Source: Thraustochytrium aureum
Taxonomy: Eukaryota
Assembly (NCBI GenBank): GCA_012862495.1
Contig: BLSG01000370.1
Location: forward strand, 96,039-116,038
DNA: 20,000 bases
Direction of reading: 5' to 3'
Every line of letters starts with the position of its first letter. Position 1 is the first letter of the stretch. A program made the translations under genes and the position numbers. This document shows positions 9,478 through 19,216 of this stretch, piece after piece. A model generated the notes under the pieces. That model made no database searches. It worked only from the letters and a program-made list of their open reading frames with translations, and was not told the DNA's origin.

Positions 9478-11817
9478 ATGACGGCTGGTCTGGGATTCGA
9501 GCCAACGAGGCTCCGAGCACTGTCCGAGGTGGTCCCAAAGGACGGATTGAGCATCCACGCGATCGACCCCTTCGAATTTGGCGCACAGCTGTGCACCGCG
9601 GTTACGAGCATGTTTCTTGTGGGGTTCTATTCGTTTCAGATGTACAACGGGCGCTGCAACTTTCACCCGTTGTACGTTCAGTCCGTGACCGCGCTTGTGT
9701 ACTCTTTGTCCGCGTTTGGGCTGGCCGGATCCCTCCAAGTGCACATGATTAACAGCGACCAGTCCAAAACCGTCGTTAATCTCGGTCGGTACCTCTTTTG
9801 GACCATGACGTGTCCCGTCGTCCTCGCCAACCTTACTGGGCTTCTTAGCAGACTCAACCCCGAGGGGACGCCGCTGTCGTTCACGATCTGGATCATGTGC
9901 AAGGACATCATCCTGACCAGCTGCGGAATCATCGCAGCGTTTCAAGAGGACATGACCATCAAGACCTTCTTCATCGTGGCTGCAGTCTTGCTCTACGTGT
10001 GGATGCTTTGGGCACTGTACAAGCTTGGGGAGGAGAATCGGCCGCTTTTCCCTCCGCGCATATGGAACTGGGTCGTCCTTGTCGGAGGGATGATCGTCGT
10101 TACCTGGAGCTCTTTCCCAGTGCTCTACGTCCTTGGGACGCCTGTTCTTGGCCTCACCTCGACAACCGTCGACAACATCCTTCACGCTTTCAGCGACCTG
10201 TTTGCCAAAAACCTCACCGGGTTTGCCATCTGGTACACCCGATTCTTCATCATCGAGCCGTACTTTGAGACCGAGCAAAGGAAGGCTATGGCGCTTGGTC
10301 CTCAAGGCTACGTCTCTTCCTACCATGCTCTCGGACTCGACCACGCTCGCAGCATCAAGCGGCGGATCATCAAGCAGAAGAACGACAACGACCGCTACGT
10401 CATTGTTGTTGAGGCTCGGGTGGAGCTGCAACGACTCTTCCAACTCCTTCTTGAGAAGGAAAACGTGCATCCTGTTTTCGCTTTCACGCTTGAGGAGGCA
10501 GCTGGTGCCCTCAACCGCGACAACGTAGGGCACTATGATGCCGTGCTGCTTTCGTTGGCCGACCACCTAGCCTCGGTTGACCGCGTCGTGACTTTCCGCA
10601 ACACGTTCTCGCACAGCCCATTCTACATTCCCGTTCTCGGCTACACGTTTGAGGGCCAAAATCGAATCGAAATAGACGACGGCACAGGCATCATGCTCTG
10701 CGACGGGTTTGTTCATCACGTTCTTGACGGGAACCATATCTCCGACACAATCGACTACTGGAAACAAGCGACAGTGCAGTGGCGAACCTCCGACAAAGCG
10801 CTCGAAGCGCAGGAGGAGCTATTTGCGCGCGACTCGCGGAAGCAGCGCGAGGCAAAAGCCACCTCGCCAAATTCTGCAACACTTCGACGCAACTCGTATA
10901 GCGCACGAGCGGCATGGGAAAGCTCACCGAAGTCAGGATCGGGAAGTGTCTCGCCGGCCTCACCCAGCGGGTCTAGCGTTGTGCCAGATAGGGGCGCCAA
11001 GTCGAGCCTTCACGTTCTCACCACAAGTTTGCTGGGAAACGCTGCAATGCAACCCGCCCAGCAGGGTTTCCCTGCGCCAAAACCCGTCAAGCTCCGTCGG
11101 GACTCGTGTAGCAGCAGGATGTCGTGGGAGAGTGCGCACACTGTGGACAGTTCGCTGCAGCCCGTGCAAGCTAGCAAGGCCAGTGGNNNNNNNNNNNNNN
11201 NNNNNNNNNNNNNNNNNNNNNNNNNNNNNNNNNNNNNNNNNNNNNNNNNNNNNNNNNNNNNNNNNNNNNNNNNNNNNNNNNNNNNNNNNNNNNNNNNNNN
11301 NNNNNNNNNNNNNNNNNNNNNNNNNCTAGCAAGGCCAGTGGCGCTCCAGTCAAGCGGGCCAAGTCGAACCTCTCCGTTTTCACTGGCGCACAGAGTCCAA
11401 TGCTCTCTAAAGACGTTGCGTCTCAAGGCAGATCCTCCACGCCAAACTCTGCGAGGCTGCGTCGCGACTCGTACGGCAGTCGAACGTCATGGGAGAGCAC
11501 GAATAGCGCAAACAGTTTGCAGTCGGCGGCGGCCATCGGAGACATGGAGCCCGTCGTCGTTCTCAGCGCGCCGAAAACGACTACTAGTGATGACGCACGA
11601 TCGCAGCCCGCGCAACACCAGTCACCGCAGGCGCCATGGGACGAGGAAGCACGTCACCCAAACTCGCCAGCATCCCCCGCAACTGCAGAGAGCAGCCAGA
11701 CTGAACCCCAGATCGTGCTACAGCCTTGGCAGCGTCTTGCACGAGATTTGTCGCTGGTCGACTCGCTACTTGGCCAACAACCGCACCACCACCACCACCA
11801 ACAACAACAACAACCGC

Positions 11818-11849
<32 letters not shown>

Positions 11850-11936
11850 CAACAACAACAACGGCCGATACTCGGGAACCACAGCAGAGTCGACCAGCTC
11901 CACAACAACGACAATAACTCGTTCGGATTCCTGTAG
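9478..11936 (+). CDS. Anion channelrhodopsin-like microbial rhodopsin (labyrinthulid ACR/RubyACR-like) with receiver-like domain and long cytoplasmic tail
   Basis: Seven hydrophobic helices in aa ~32-260. TM3 RYLFWTMTCPVVLAN has the channelrhodopsin TCP motif; TM4 has D143 (DC-pair Asp); TM6 is TWSSFPVLYVLG; TM7 HAFSDLFAKN contains the retinal-binding Lys244 (10207-10209). The post-gap frame (11400-11936) is the natural continuation. Confidence 0.92.
11775..11862 (+). repeat. (CAC)n/(CAA)n trinucleotide tracts encoding poly-His/poly-Gln in the rhodopsin tail
   Basis: Translates as QQPHHHHHQQQQQPHHHHHQQQQQQQQQQ in the 11400-11936 frame. Confidence 0.85.
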
Positions 11937-12505
11937 GCCAGAGTCCGTCCGCGAGAGTGTCCACCAGCCCGCGCTCGGCAATAAACAAATCAATCATCAA
12001 AACCTTCCTACTCTTCGTGATCGAGGCCACTAGTGGCCGGGACTCGCAGGCTTCGTCTGCTTGTTCGAACGGCGCGCAAGTCTGTCACGGTCCGGGCAAC
12101 AACTGTGATGGCACCTGGCGTGACGGCCGCAGTCCTAGCGGCAGCAGAGCCCAGCCGAACGGCGCTTTCCAGCTCATCATTGTCAGGGCAAAAGCCGCGA
12201 GTCGCAAGCCGAGCTTTCGTTGCATAAGATCAAAGAAGCTTCTATTTTGTTTCGTTCGCTTTGATCTTCGTCCGAACAGAACAGGAAGAATTGTTCTTGT
12301 TGAAAAGTAGTACATGGAGGAGGACGACCAGACCACCGACCCGACGAGCAGCAGGAGAGCAGCCGTCTCGCAGCTCGCAGGACGAGCACCAGGAGAGCAG
12401 CGGTGGCGAAAGTGCGCCTCGCAGCTGGTTTCTGCTTCGCTGGCGTCTTGGGCTCTGTTTGGCGGGTTGTCGTGGACGAGCGAGTCGGAGACCAGCAAAA
12501 CAGGA

Positions 12506-13739
12506 ATGATGCTCGCGGCCACGGTCGCCTACCGAGGTGCCGCGGCTGGGCAGAGGGCCGCCGCGGCGGCAGGGAGGCGCGCCATGTCGTCGAGCGTGTT
12601 CTCCTGGGGCAACGGAGACGACGGGCAGCTTGGACAGCCTCAGGTGGAGAAGTCCGGGATCACGCAGTCCTACGTCGAGGCCACGCCGTTGGTTGTTCCA
12701 GGACTCAACGACCAGGGCGTGAGCGACATCTCGTGCGGGTTCAAGCACTCGGCCGCCGTAACTGAGGACGGTCGAGTGCTGACCTGGGGAAAGGCTGACG
12801 AGAGCCTGCTGGGGCACGCTGCGGGCGATGGCAAATACTGCCTGCGGCCGACGCTTGTCGAGGGGTTTGGCGGTGCGCGCGCCAAGTCGGTGGTGTGCGG
12901 CGAGAAACACACCGTTGTCGTCACCGACGAGGGCAACGTGTTCTCGTGGGGCTGGGGCGGGAGCTTCTTTTCCGGCGCCGGGGGGGCTCGGCCTCGGCGA
13001 CACTAACGAGCGCACGCGACCCGCGCAAGTCATGTTTGGCGGCACCGACGAGGTCAAGATCAAAAAGGTGGCTTGCGGCCGCCTGCACACAATTGCGCTC
13101 GGCGTTGACGGCGAGGTCTGGACTTGGGGCCGCGGCGAAAACGGCCGGCTTGGCAACGGCGGCAACGGGGACCAGCTCGAGCCGTTCCCGGTCGAGTTTT
13201 TCCTGGACATTGAGGAAAAGTGCATCGACGTCGCCAGTGGCAATTCGTTCTGTTTGGCGCTCACCGAGAGCGGGCAGATTTACGGCTGGGGCAAAAACGA
13301 CCAGAGCCAGCTCGGCCTCGGTGGCGGCATCGCGATGGACATGTACGCGATGGAGGACATGCCGCGTCACGTAGAAAACCTGGCGCACGAGAAGATCGAG
13401 TCGCTGGGGGCGGGTGGGTCACACGCGCTCGCCGTGACAGACAAGGGCGAGGTCTACTTTTGGGGCATGCGGCTGTGGATGGAGCCGCACAAAATGACCG
13501 CGCTGAGTGAGCACCGAGTTGTGCAGGCCGACTGTGGCAACGGGTTTTCCGCGGTGCTTTGCAACGAGGGTAACCTGTTCACCTGGGGCAAGGGCCTCGC
13601 AACGCGTCAGTCGGGCGTTCTTGGGCACGGCGACAAACGGCGCCACGCCCAGCCCGAGCTCGTGGAGAGCCTGAAAGGCGTCTCACTGAAAAAGGTCTCG
13701 TGCGGGAACCGCCACGCGGCGGCCTTGACTGCCGCCTGA
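12506..13739 (+). CDS. RCC1-repeat (beta-propeller) protein with probable mitochondrial targeting peptide; frameshift in G7 run at 12980-12986
   Basis: Repeated RCC1 motifs: VFSWGNGDDGQLG, ISCGFKHSAAVTEDGRVLTWG, VVCGEKHTVVVTDEGNVFSWG, VACGRLHTIALGVDGEVWTWGRGENGRLG, IYGWGKNDQSQLG and VSCGNRHAAAL. The N-terminus MMLAATVAYRGAAAGQRAAAAAGRRAMSS is Arg/Ala-rich and acid-free. Confidence 0.88.
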
Positions 13740-13910
13740 GCTCCACGGTTGGTTTCTTGAAAGTAGAATGAACTGATTCGAGTCATTCAGGTCCCGTTTC
13801 GAATCTGCGCGCTTGGGGATTCCCTGGCAGCCTTGCTTGCGCCCCCGCGCTGCCTTGCTTCCGCCCCCAAGCGCACTCTCGCTCGCCCGCTTGCTCGCTC
13901 CTTGCTCGCG

Positions 13911-13932
13911 GAGAGAGAGAGAGAGAGAGAGA
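13911..13932 (+). repeat. (GA)n microsatellite
   Basis: About 11 GA units read directly. Confidence 0.9.
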
Positions 13933-14755
13933 GTCAGCGGGAAGGCCGCACGTCAGTCGTCCACTGGCAGTGCCCCAACNNNNNNNNNNNNNNNNNNNNN
14001 NNNNNNNNNNNNNNNNNNNNNNNNNNNNNNNNNNNNNNNNNNNNNNNNNNNNNNNNNNNNNNNNNNNNNNNNNNNNNNNNNNNNNNNNNNNNNNNNNNNN
14101 NNNNNNNNNNNNNNNNNNNNNNNNNNNNNNNNNNNNNNNNNNNNNNNNNNNNNNNNNNNNNNNNNNNNNNNNNNNNNNNNNNNNNNNNNNNNNNNNNNNN
14201 NNNNNNNNNNNNNNNNNNNNNNNNNNNNNNNNNNNNNNNNNNNNNNNNNNNNNNNNNNNNNNNNNNNNNNNNNNNNNNNNNNNNNNNNNNNNNNNNNNNN
14301 NNNNNNNNNNNNNNNNNNNNNNNNNNNNNNNNNNNNNNNNNNNNNNNNNNNNNNNNNNNNNNNNNNNNNNNNNNNNNNNNNNNNNNNNNNNNNNNNNNNN
14401 NNNNNNNNNNNNNNNNNNNNNNNNNNNNNNNNNNNNNNNNNNNNNNNNNNNNNNNNNNNNNNNNNNNNNNNNNNNNNNNNNNNNNNNNNNNNNNNNNNNN
14501 NNNNNNNNNNNNNNNNNNNNNNNNNNNNNNNNNNNNNNNNNNNNNNNNNNNNNNNNNNNNNNNNNNNNNNNNNNNNNNNNNNNNNNNNNNNNNNNNNNNN
14601 NNNNNNNNNNNNNNNNNNNNNNNNNNNNNNNNNNNNNNNNNNNNNNNNNNNNNNNNNNNNNNNNNNNNNNNNNNNNNNNNNNNNNNNNNNNNNNNNNNNN
14701 NNNNNNNNNNNNNNNNNNNNNNNNNNNNNNNNNNNNNNNNNNNNNNNNNNNNNNN

Positions 14756-15390
14756 AGGTCCGCGAAGCGAAACGGCCAATAGTCATTCTCGCCGCCAAAT
14801 AGTGGCACCGATAGCGAAGCAAACATCTCAAGAGCGTTGCATAGCCCGTAGGCCCGTTTGTCTGGCCCGAACCGCGTCCGAACGGACTCGTACAGCTTGC
14901 CCTTGACGGCATACTCGTACAGGTCGTCTACTTGCGAGCAATCGCGCCCAATTTCGCCGTTATAGACATGCGCAAGCTCGTGAAGAAGCGCGTCGCGCTT
15001 TGACAGGCAGTTCGAGTTGTGGTCTCCCCACGAATTGATCTCGATCGTGTTCGGCCTCGCAGCCCACGGAGGGGCCCTCGCCCCTGTGGGCAGTTTCGGC
15101 ACCCAATGCACCTCGGCGCCACGCCTACCACTCTCACGGTTGACGAAAATGTTGCAACGAGCGGCGCACTTCAGTAAGGCCCGAGTGGGCAAGGCCGCGG
15201 TGAGCTGCTGAAGCTCGCCCTGAAGCTGCTCGACCGCCTGGCCGGATCGCTCCTCAAACTTGACGTCCACGAGGAGTTGCCAATGAAGGGCGAGCCCCCT
15301 CGAGGCGTCAGCAGTCCCTACGTCGTAGGCCCGGTACTCTCCCTGCGCCCACCAGCCCTCAGGGTGAGCCGCGAAGCTCCAACGGTCTTC
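14756..15390 (-). CDS. HEXXH zinc metallopeptidase-like protein (ATLF/MtfA-like fold); 3' end in gap, start unresolved
   Basis: LLHELAHVYN is followed by YEYAVKGKLYESV...RAYGLCNALEMFASLSVPLFGGENDYWPF, matching the HExxH...YaxtNxxExFA...NDfyPF pattern. The frame stays open upstream of 15270, but I found no nearby in-frame ATG. Confidence 0.65.
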
Positions 15391-15682
15391 TCGTGACTGC
15401 GCACGGCTTCTCGTCCCCCTTGCTCGCCTGCCTGTTCGCGCGACTCTGCGCCGCAGCGCAGACAGGCGCGCAGCATGCCGCAGGGTTGCATCGCGATCGG
15501 GCGCGGCGTCGCAGCTGCGCCGCGAGCCGGCAGGCCCTCCGCCCGAAGGGCTCGGGGACTACTGGCTGACGCGACGCCGTGGAGGCCTGCCTCTAGAGAC
15601 GGACCATTGCGGCGATCCCCTAGCTCCTAGAGAGCGTGGTCGCGCGGCCGGCGCGCGGCTTGCTTTGCAGCCTGTCGCCGAT

Positions 15683-15739
15683 CGCTGCGCGAGCAACCGC
15701 TATGCGAGCAGGCGCTTCGCGAGCAACCGCTGCGCGAGC
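15683..15739 (+). repeat. Degenerate 15-bp tandem repeat x4 (cgctgcgcgagcaac)
   Basis: cgctgcgcgagcaac cgctatgcgagcagg cgcttcgcgagcaac cgctgcgcgagc, located in an intergenic region. Confidence 0.7.
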
Positions 15740-16021
15740 GTTTTTCCGGAGTTGATGGCATGTGTTTTCACTTTGGGGTTCTCAGCAAGTGTCCTTCCTG
15801 CTCAACGTCACACGGAGAGTGCTCGAGAAGAAGAACGAGGGCGACGGTCGGATGTACGATGGCAGGGACGCGATCACTTGATCGCGTGGCCGAAGTGCGA
15901 GCGCCAATGGCAGCTGCGCTGCTCGTGTCGCCGCCTTTGTTGCCTCTATCGTGTGTGCTTGTTCGTGCCACCGCTCGTTCGTGTCGCCGCTCGCGTCGCG
16001 CGCTGTCTTAGCTCTATCTGT

Positions 16022-17660
16022 TTACTGGACCACGTGGTCAAAGGGCCGAGTGCCCTTGAGTGAGGTCCAGTCGCGGTCCGTGTTGGCATCGACGAGGGCA
16101 AGCATCTCGCGGAGGGCCTCAGCATGCGCAGGGTCGTCGACGAGGTTTATGCGCTCGATGTTGCCCGGGTCAGCGTACTTGTACAGCTGGACCTCGCGCC
16201 GCGGCGAGGGGGCGTAGGCAAGCGCACGGGAAAGGGACGTTGCCTTGCGGTGGCGCTTGACGTAAAAGATGAGGCGGTGTTGCGCGGTTCGCAGAGAGTA
16301 ACCAATCCACCCCCTGGACTTGTGAGACTGGTACTGCGAGACTGCCGCGCCACGCACCGCCCCTGCCGGGTCGACGAGCAGAGGCACGAGGCTGACCCCA
16401 GCGAGGGCCCCCGTGGGAACGATGCCGCAAATAGCCGCCACAGTGGGAAAGATGTCCACCGAGTCGACTGGGCAGCCTGCGCTCTTGCCAACGCCTGCGC
16501 GCGCCTCCGGGTGCTCGTCGAGGTAGTTGGGCGGGGGGAGTGACAGCTAGCGGGACCCGCGTCGACTGCTCGAGCTGCGTCTTCTTGGCCCACAGGCCGT
16601 TGTCCCCAAGGTGAAAGCCGTGGTCGCCCCAAACGACCACGAGCGTGTCGCGCCGAACCGCCTCGCGCGCCTCGAGCGCCGAGACAAGACGACCGACCTG
16701 TGAATCTACGTAGGTCACACTCGCATAGTACGCGCGCGCGCGCTGGGCGGCCGACACGGACCGCCAGCCCTTGTACGACTCTACCTCCTTGGAATTGTAT
16801 CGTGTCCAGGCAGAGCTCTGGTCGCGCCAGAACCGGCTGTCGTTGTCGTCGAGCGCAGCGGTGAAGGCCTCGTCCGAAATATTTTGGTACGGCTCCCACG
16901 CGCTATTCGGCGCAACCCATGGCAAGTGGGGAAGCGAAAACCCAACAGCCAGGAAGAAAGGCTCGCCCGAGTCTGCGAGCGCACTGAGACGGCCGATGGC
17001 GTGCGAGGCGATGCAGTAGTCGAGCGAGAGGTGGAGTAGCGCGTCGTCAAAGCTGTGCACGAGCTTTTGGTGCCTTTCGAGGGGTTTGAGTCCAGCGCCG
17101 GGAAAGAACTCGACTTGCACGTTGCCACACGCTGGAGTCGGGCCGAACAGGAGCGCTTTGATCGGGTAGCTGGTGTCCCAGGAACACTGCGCCTTGCTTG
17201 CGGAGCAAGTTTCGGGTGAGCGGAGGTCGCTGGCTCGGGTCCGCCTTTTTCTGGGGCGAGGAAAGCTGCGAAGGTCGAAAAGCTTGCCCACTGACTCTGC
17301 CCTGTACCCGTTTGCTCGAAAGAGGCCGGGCAGGGTGACAAGATTGGCGTTGAACCTGCGAAAGCTGGGCTCGAACCCCCATATCCGCAGGGCATCGGGG
17401 CGACGCCCTGCCAGCATGCTCGCTCGCGATGGGGCGCACTCGCTCTTCGCCGAGTGCGCGTTTGACAGGATCAAGCCTTGGCCGAAGAGTTTGTCAAGGT
17501 GAGGTGTGTGAGCGAGCTCGTCGCCCATCGCGCCCAGGTTGGCGTTCAGGTCGTCAATCGCGATCAGGAGCACGTTGTGCTTGGCCGCCTTGGCGCAGAC
17601 CGCAAGGCCCGCTGCCGCCGTGGCCAGGCCGACCAGTACATAACGCGCCCTCGCTTGCAT
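16022..17660 (-). CDS. Secreted/lysosomal formylglycine-dependent sulfatase, iduronate-2-sulfatase-like; frameshift in G6 run at 16533-16538
   Basis: Signal-peptide-like N-terminus, NVLLIAIDDL, CxPSR motif ECAPSRASMLAGR, GKLFD, VGFSLPHLPW, AYYASVTYVDSQVGRL and WGDHGFHLGDNGLWAK. After removing one base the frame continues as VDSVDIFPT...GYSLRT...QLY...DPGNIERINL. Confidence 0.9.
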
Positions 17661-18120
17661 CGTGCTTGCAGCTCCGACCCGCCGTCGTTCCCTCCACGTT
17701 TCGCGTCGCAGAGCCTTGTGCTCCGGGAGAGGCAGCCCTCTCCCAGCGCTGCTCTGGCTTGTTCTGCCTCGCTCTGCCTCGGTTGTTTGTCGGCGTCGCA
17801 GCGCTCTGCCTCAGGCTGCTCGCTGGTCGTTTGTGCGTTTGGTTGGGTCTTTCAGACTCTTTGTCTTGTCTGAAAGAAAGATGCGAGCACGATGTGGACA
17901 CATCAGCATGATCATGGGCCAACGTGAAGTTGATCGTGAACAAGACCGCTGCTGGCTTCGCTGCGCAGGACGCCCGCCAAGCGCGTGAAAGGCTTGCGAA
18001 GCGTAATTACAATAGTAGTTGTAGCTAGCGCTGGCCTGCTCGTCGGCCATGGATCGAGTTGGGGTAGAGTACTTGCTACAGTCAGGGCCAGAGGACGACG
18101 CACGTGCGCGAGTGGCCGAG

Positions 18121-19216
18121 TTAATGCCCTCGGCGAGCGGCGAGCGTGGCTCGGACGTGCGCGGCAAAGTCCAAGGGCTCGCCAGCTGTTNNNNNNNNNN
18201 NNNNNNNNNNNNNNNNNNNNNNNNNNNNNNNNNNNNNNNNNNNNNNNNNNNNNNNNNNNNNNNNNNNNNNNNNNNNNNNNNNNNNNNNNNNNNNNNNNNN
18301 NNNNNNNNNNNNNNNNNNNNNNNNNNNNNNNNNNNNNNNNNNNNNNNNNNNNNNNNNNNNNNNNNNNNNNNNNNNNNNNNNNNNNNNNNNNNNNNNNNNN
18401 NNNNNNNNNNNNNNNNNNNNNNNNNNNNNNNNNNNNNNNNNNNNNNNNNNNNNNNNNNNNNNNNNNNNNNNNNNNNNNNNNNNNNNNNNNNNNNNNNNNN
18501 NNNNNNNNNNNNNNNNNNNNNNNNNNNNNNNNNNNNNNNNNNNNNNNNNNNNNNNNNNNNNNNNNNNNNNNNNNNNNNNNNNNNNNNNNNNNNNNNNNNN
18601 NNNNNNNNNNNNNNNNNNNNNNNNNNNNNNNNNNNNNNNNNNNNNNNNNNNNNNNNNNNNNNNNNNNNNNNNNNNNNNNNNNNNNNNNNNNNNNNNNNNN
18701 NNNNNNNNNNNNNNNNNNNNNNNNNNNNNNNNNNNNNNNNNNNNNNNNNNNNNNNNNNNNNNNNNNNNNNNNNNNNNNNNNNNNNNNNNNNNNNNNNNNN
18801 NNNNNNNNNNNNNNNNNNNNNNNNNNNNNNNNNNNNNNNNNNNNNNNNNNNNNNNNNNNNNNNNNNNNNNNNNNNNNGACCCCGACGTGCTCGACGTGCT
18901 CAAACTGGTACGGCATGCTGATTTCCAGCTGGCCCAGCTCGCCCTCCCCGTCGGCAGCGGGCTTCTTCTTGAACTTTTTCCCAAGCAGCGACCTCGACGG
19001 TTTCGGCGGGGCCACGTGCGCCCCAATCACGCTCATCGCTCGCGTGTTGGTCTCGTTCTGCGAGGCGCCCTTCGGAACCAGGTTGGCCCACACGTCCGGC
19101 AGCCCGCGAAAGGTCTGGCTCGTCGGGTCCCACTCCACGTGCACGCACCGCAGCACGTTGGTGGGCTGCCCGATCGTGTCATCCTCCCCGGCGTGCCTCT
19201 TCTCCAGCTTGACCAT
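18121..19216 (-). CDS. Protein with two CRIB/PBD motifs, probably a PAK/STE20-family kinase (central part in gap)
   Basis: From ATG 19216: CRIB1 IGQPTNVLRCVHVEWDPTSQTFRGLPDVW and CRIB2 EISMPYQFEHVEHVGV. The gap covers 18191-18877, so no kinase domain is visible. The post-gap frame TAGEPLDFAAHVRATLAARRGH* is a plausible C-terminus, but this is inferred. Confidence 0.6.

Noticed and set aside
9478..10260. Proton-pumping rhodopsin or enzyme rhodopsin (histidine kinase/cyclase type)
   Set aside because: There are no carboxylates at the D85/D96 positions, the TCP and DC-pair motifs are channelrhodopsin-like, and no kinase or cyclase domain is visible in the tail.
9388..10566. 392-aa minus-strand ORF opposite the rhodopsin (similarly 2702-3619 and 12242-13264)
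   Set aside because: These are antisense to well-supported genes in GC-rich DNA and have no recognisable motifs.
11326..12033. C-terminal part of the 851-aa ORF (…TTTTTNNNNN…) as the rhodopsin tail
   Set aside because: Its frame depends on an arbitrary N-run length. The alternative frame ending at 11936 contains the third LRRDS…WES repeat and joins exactly through the 16-nt overlap.
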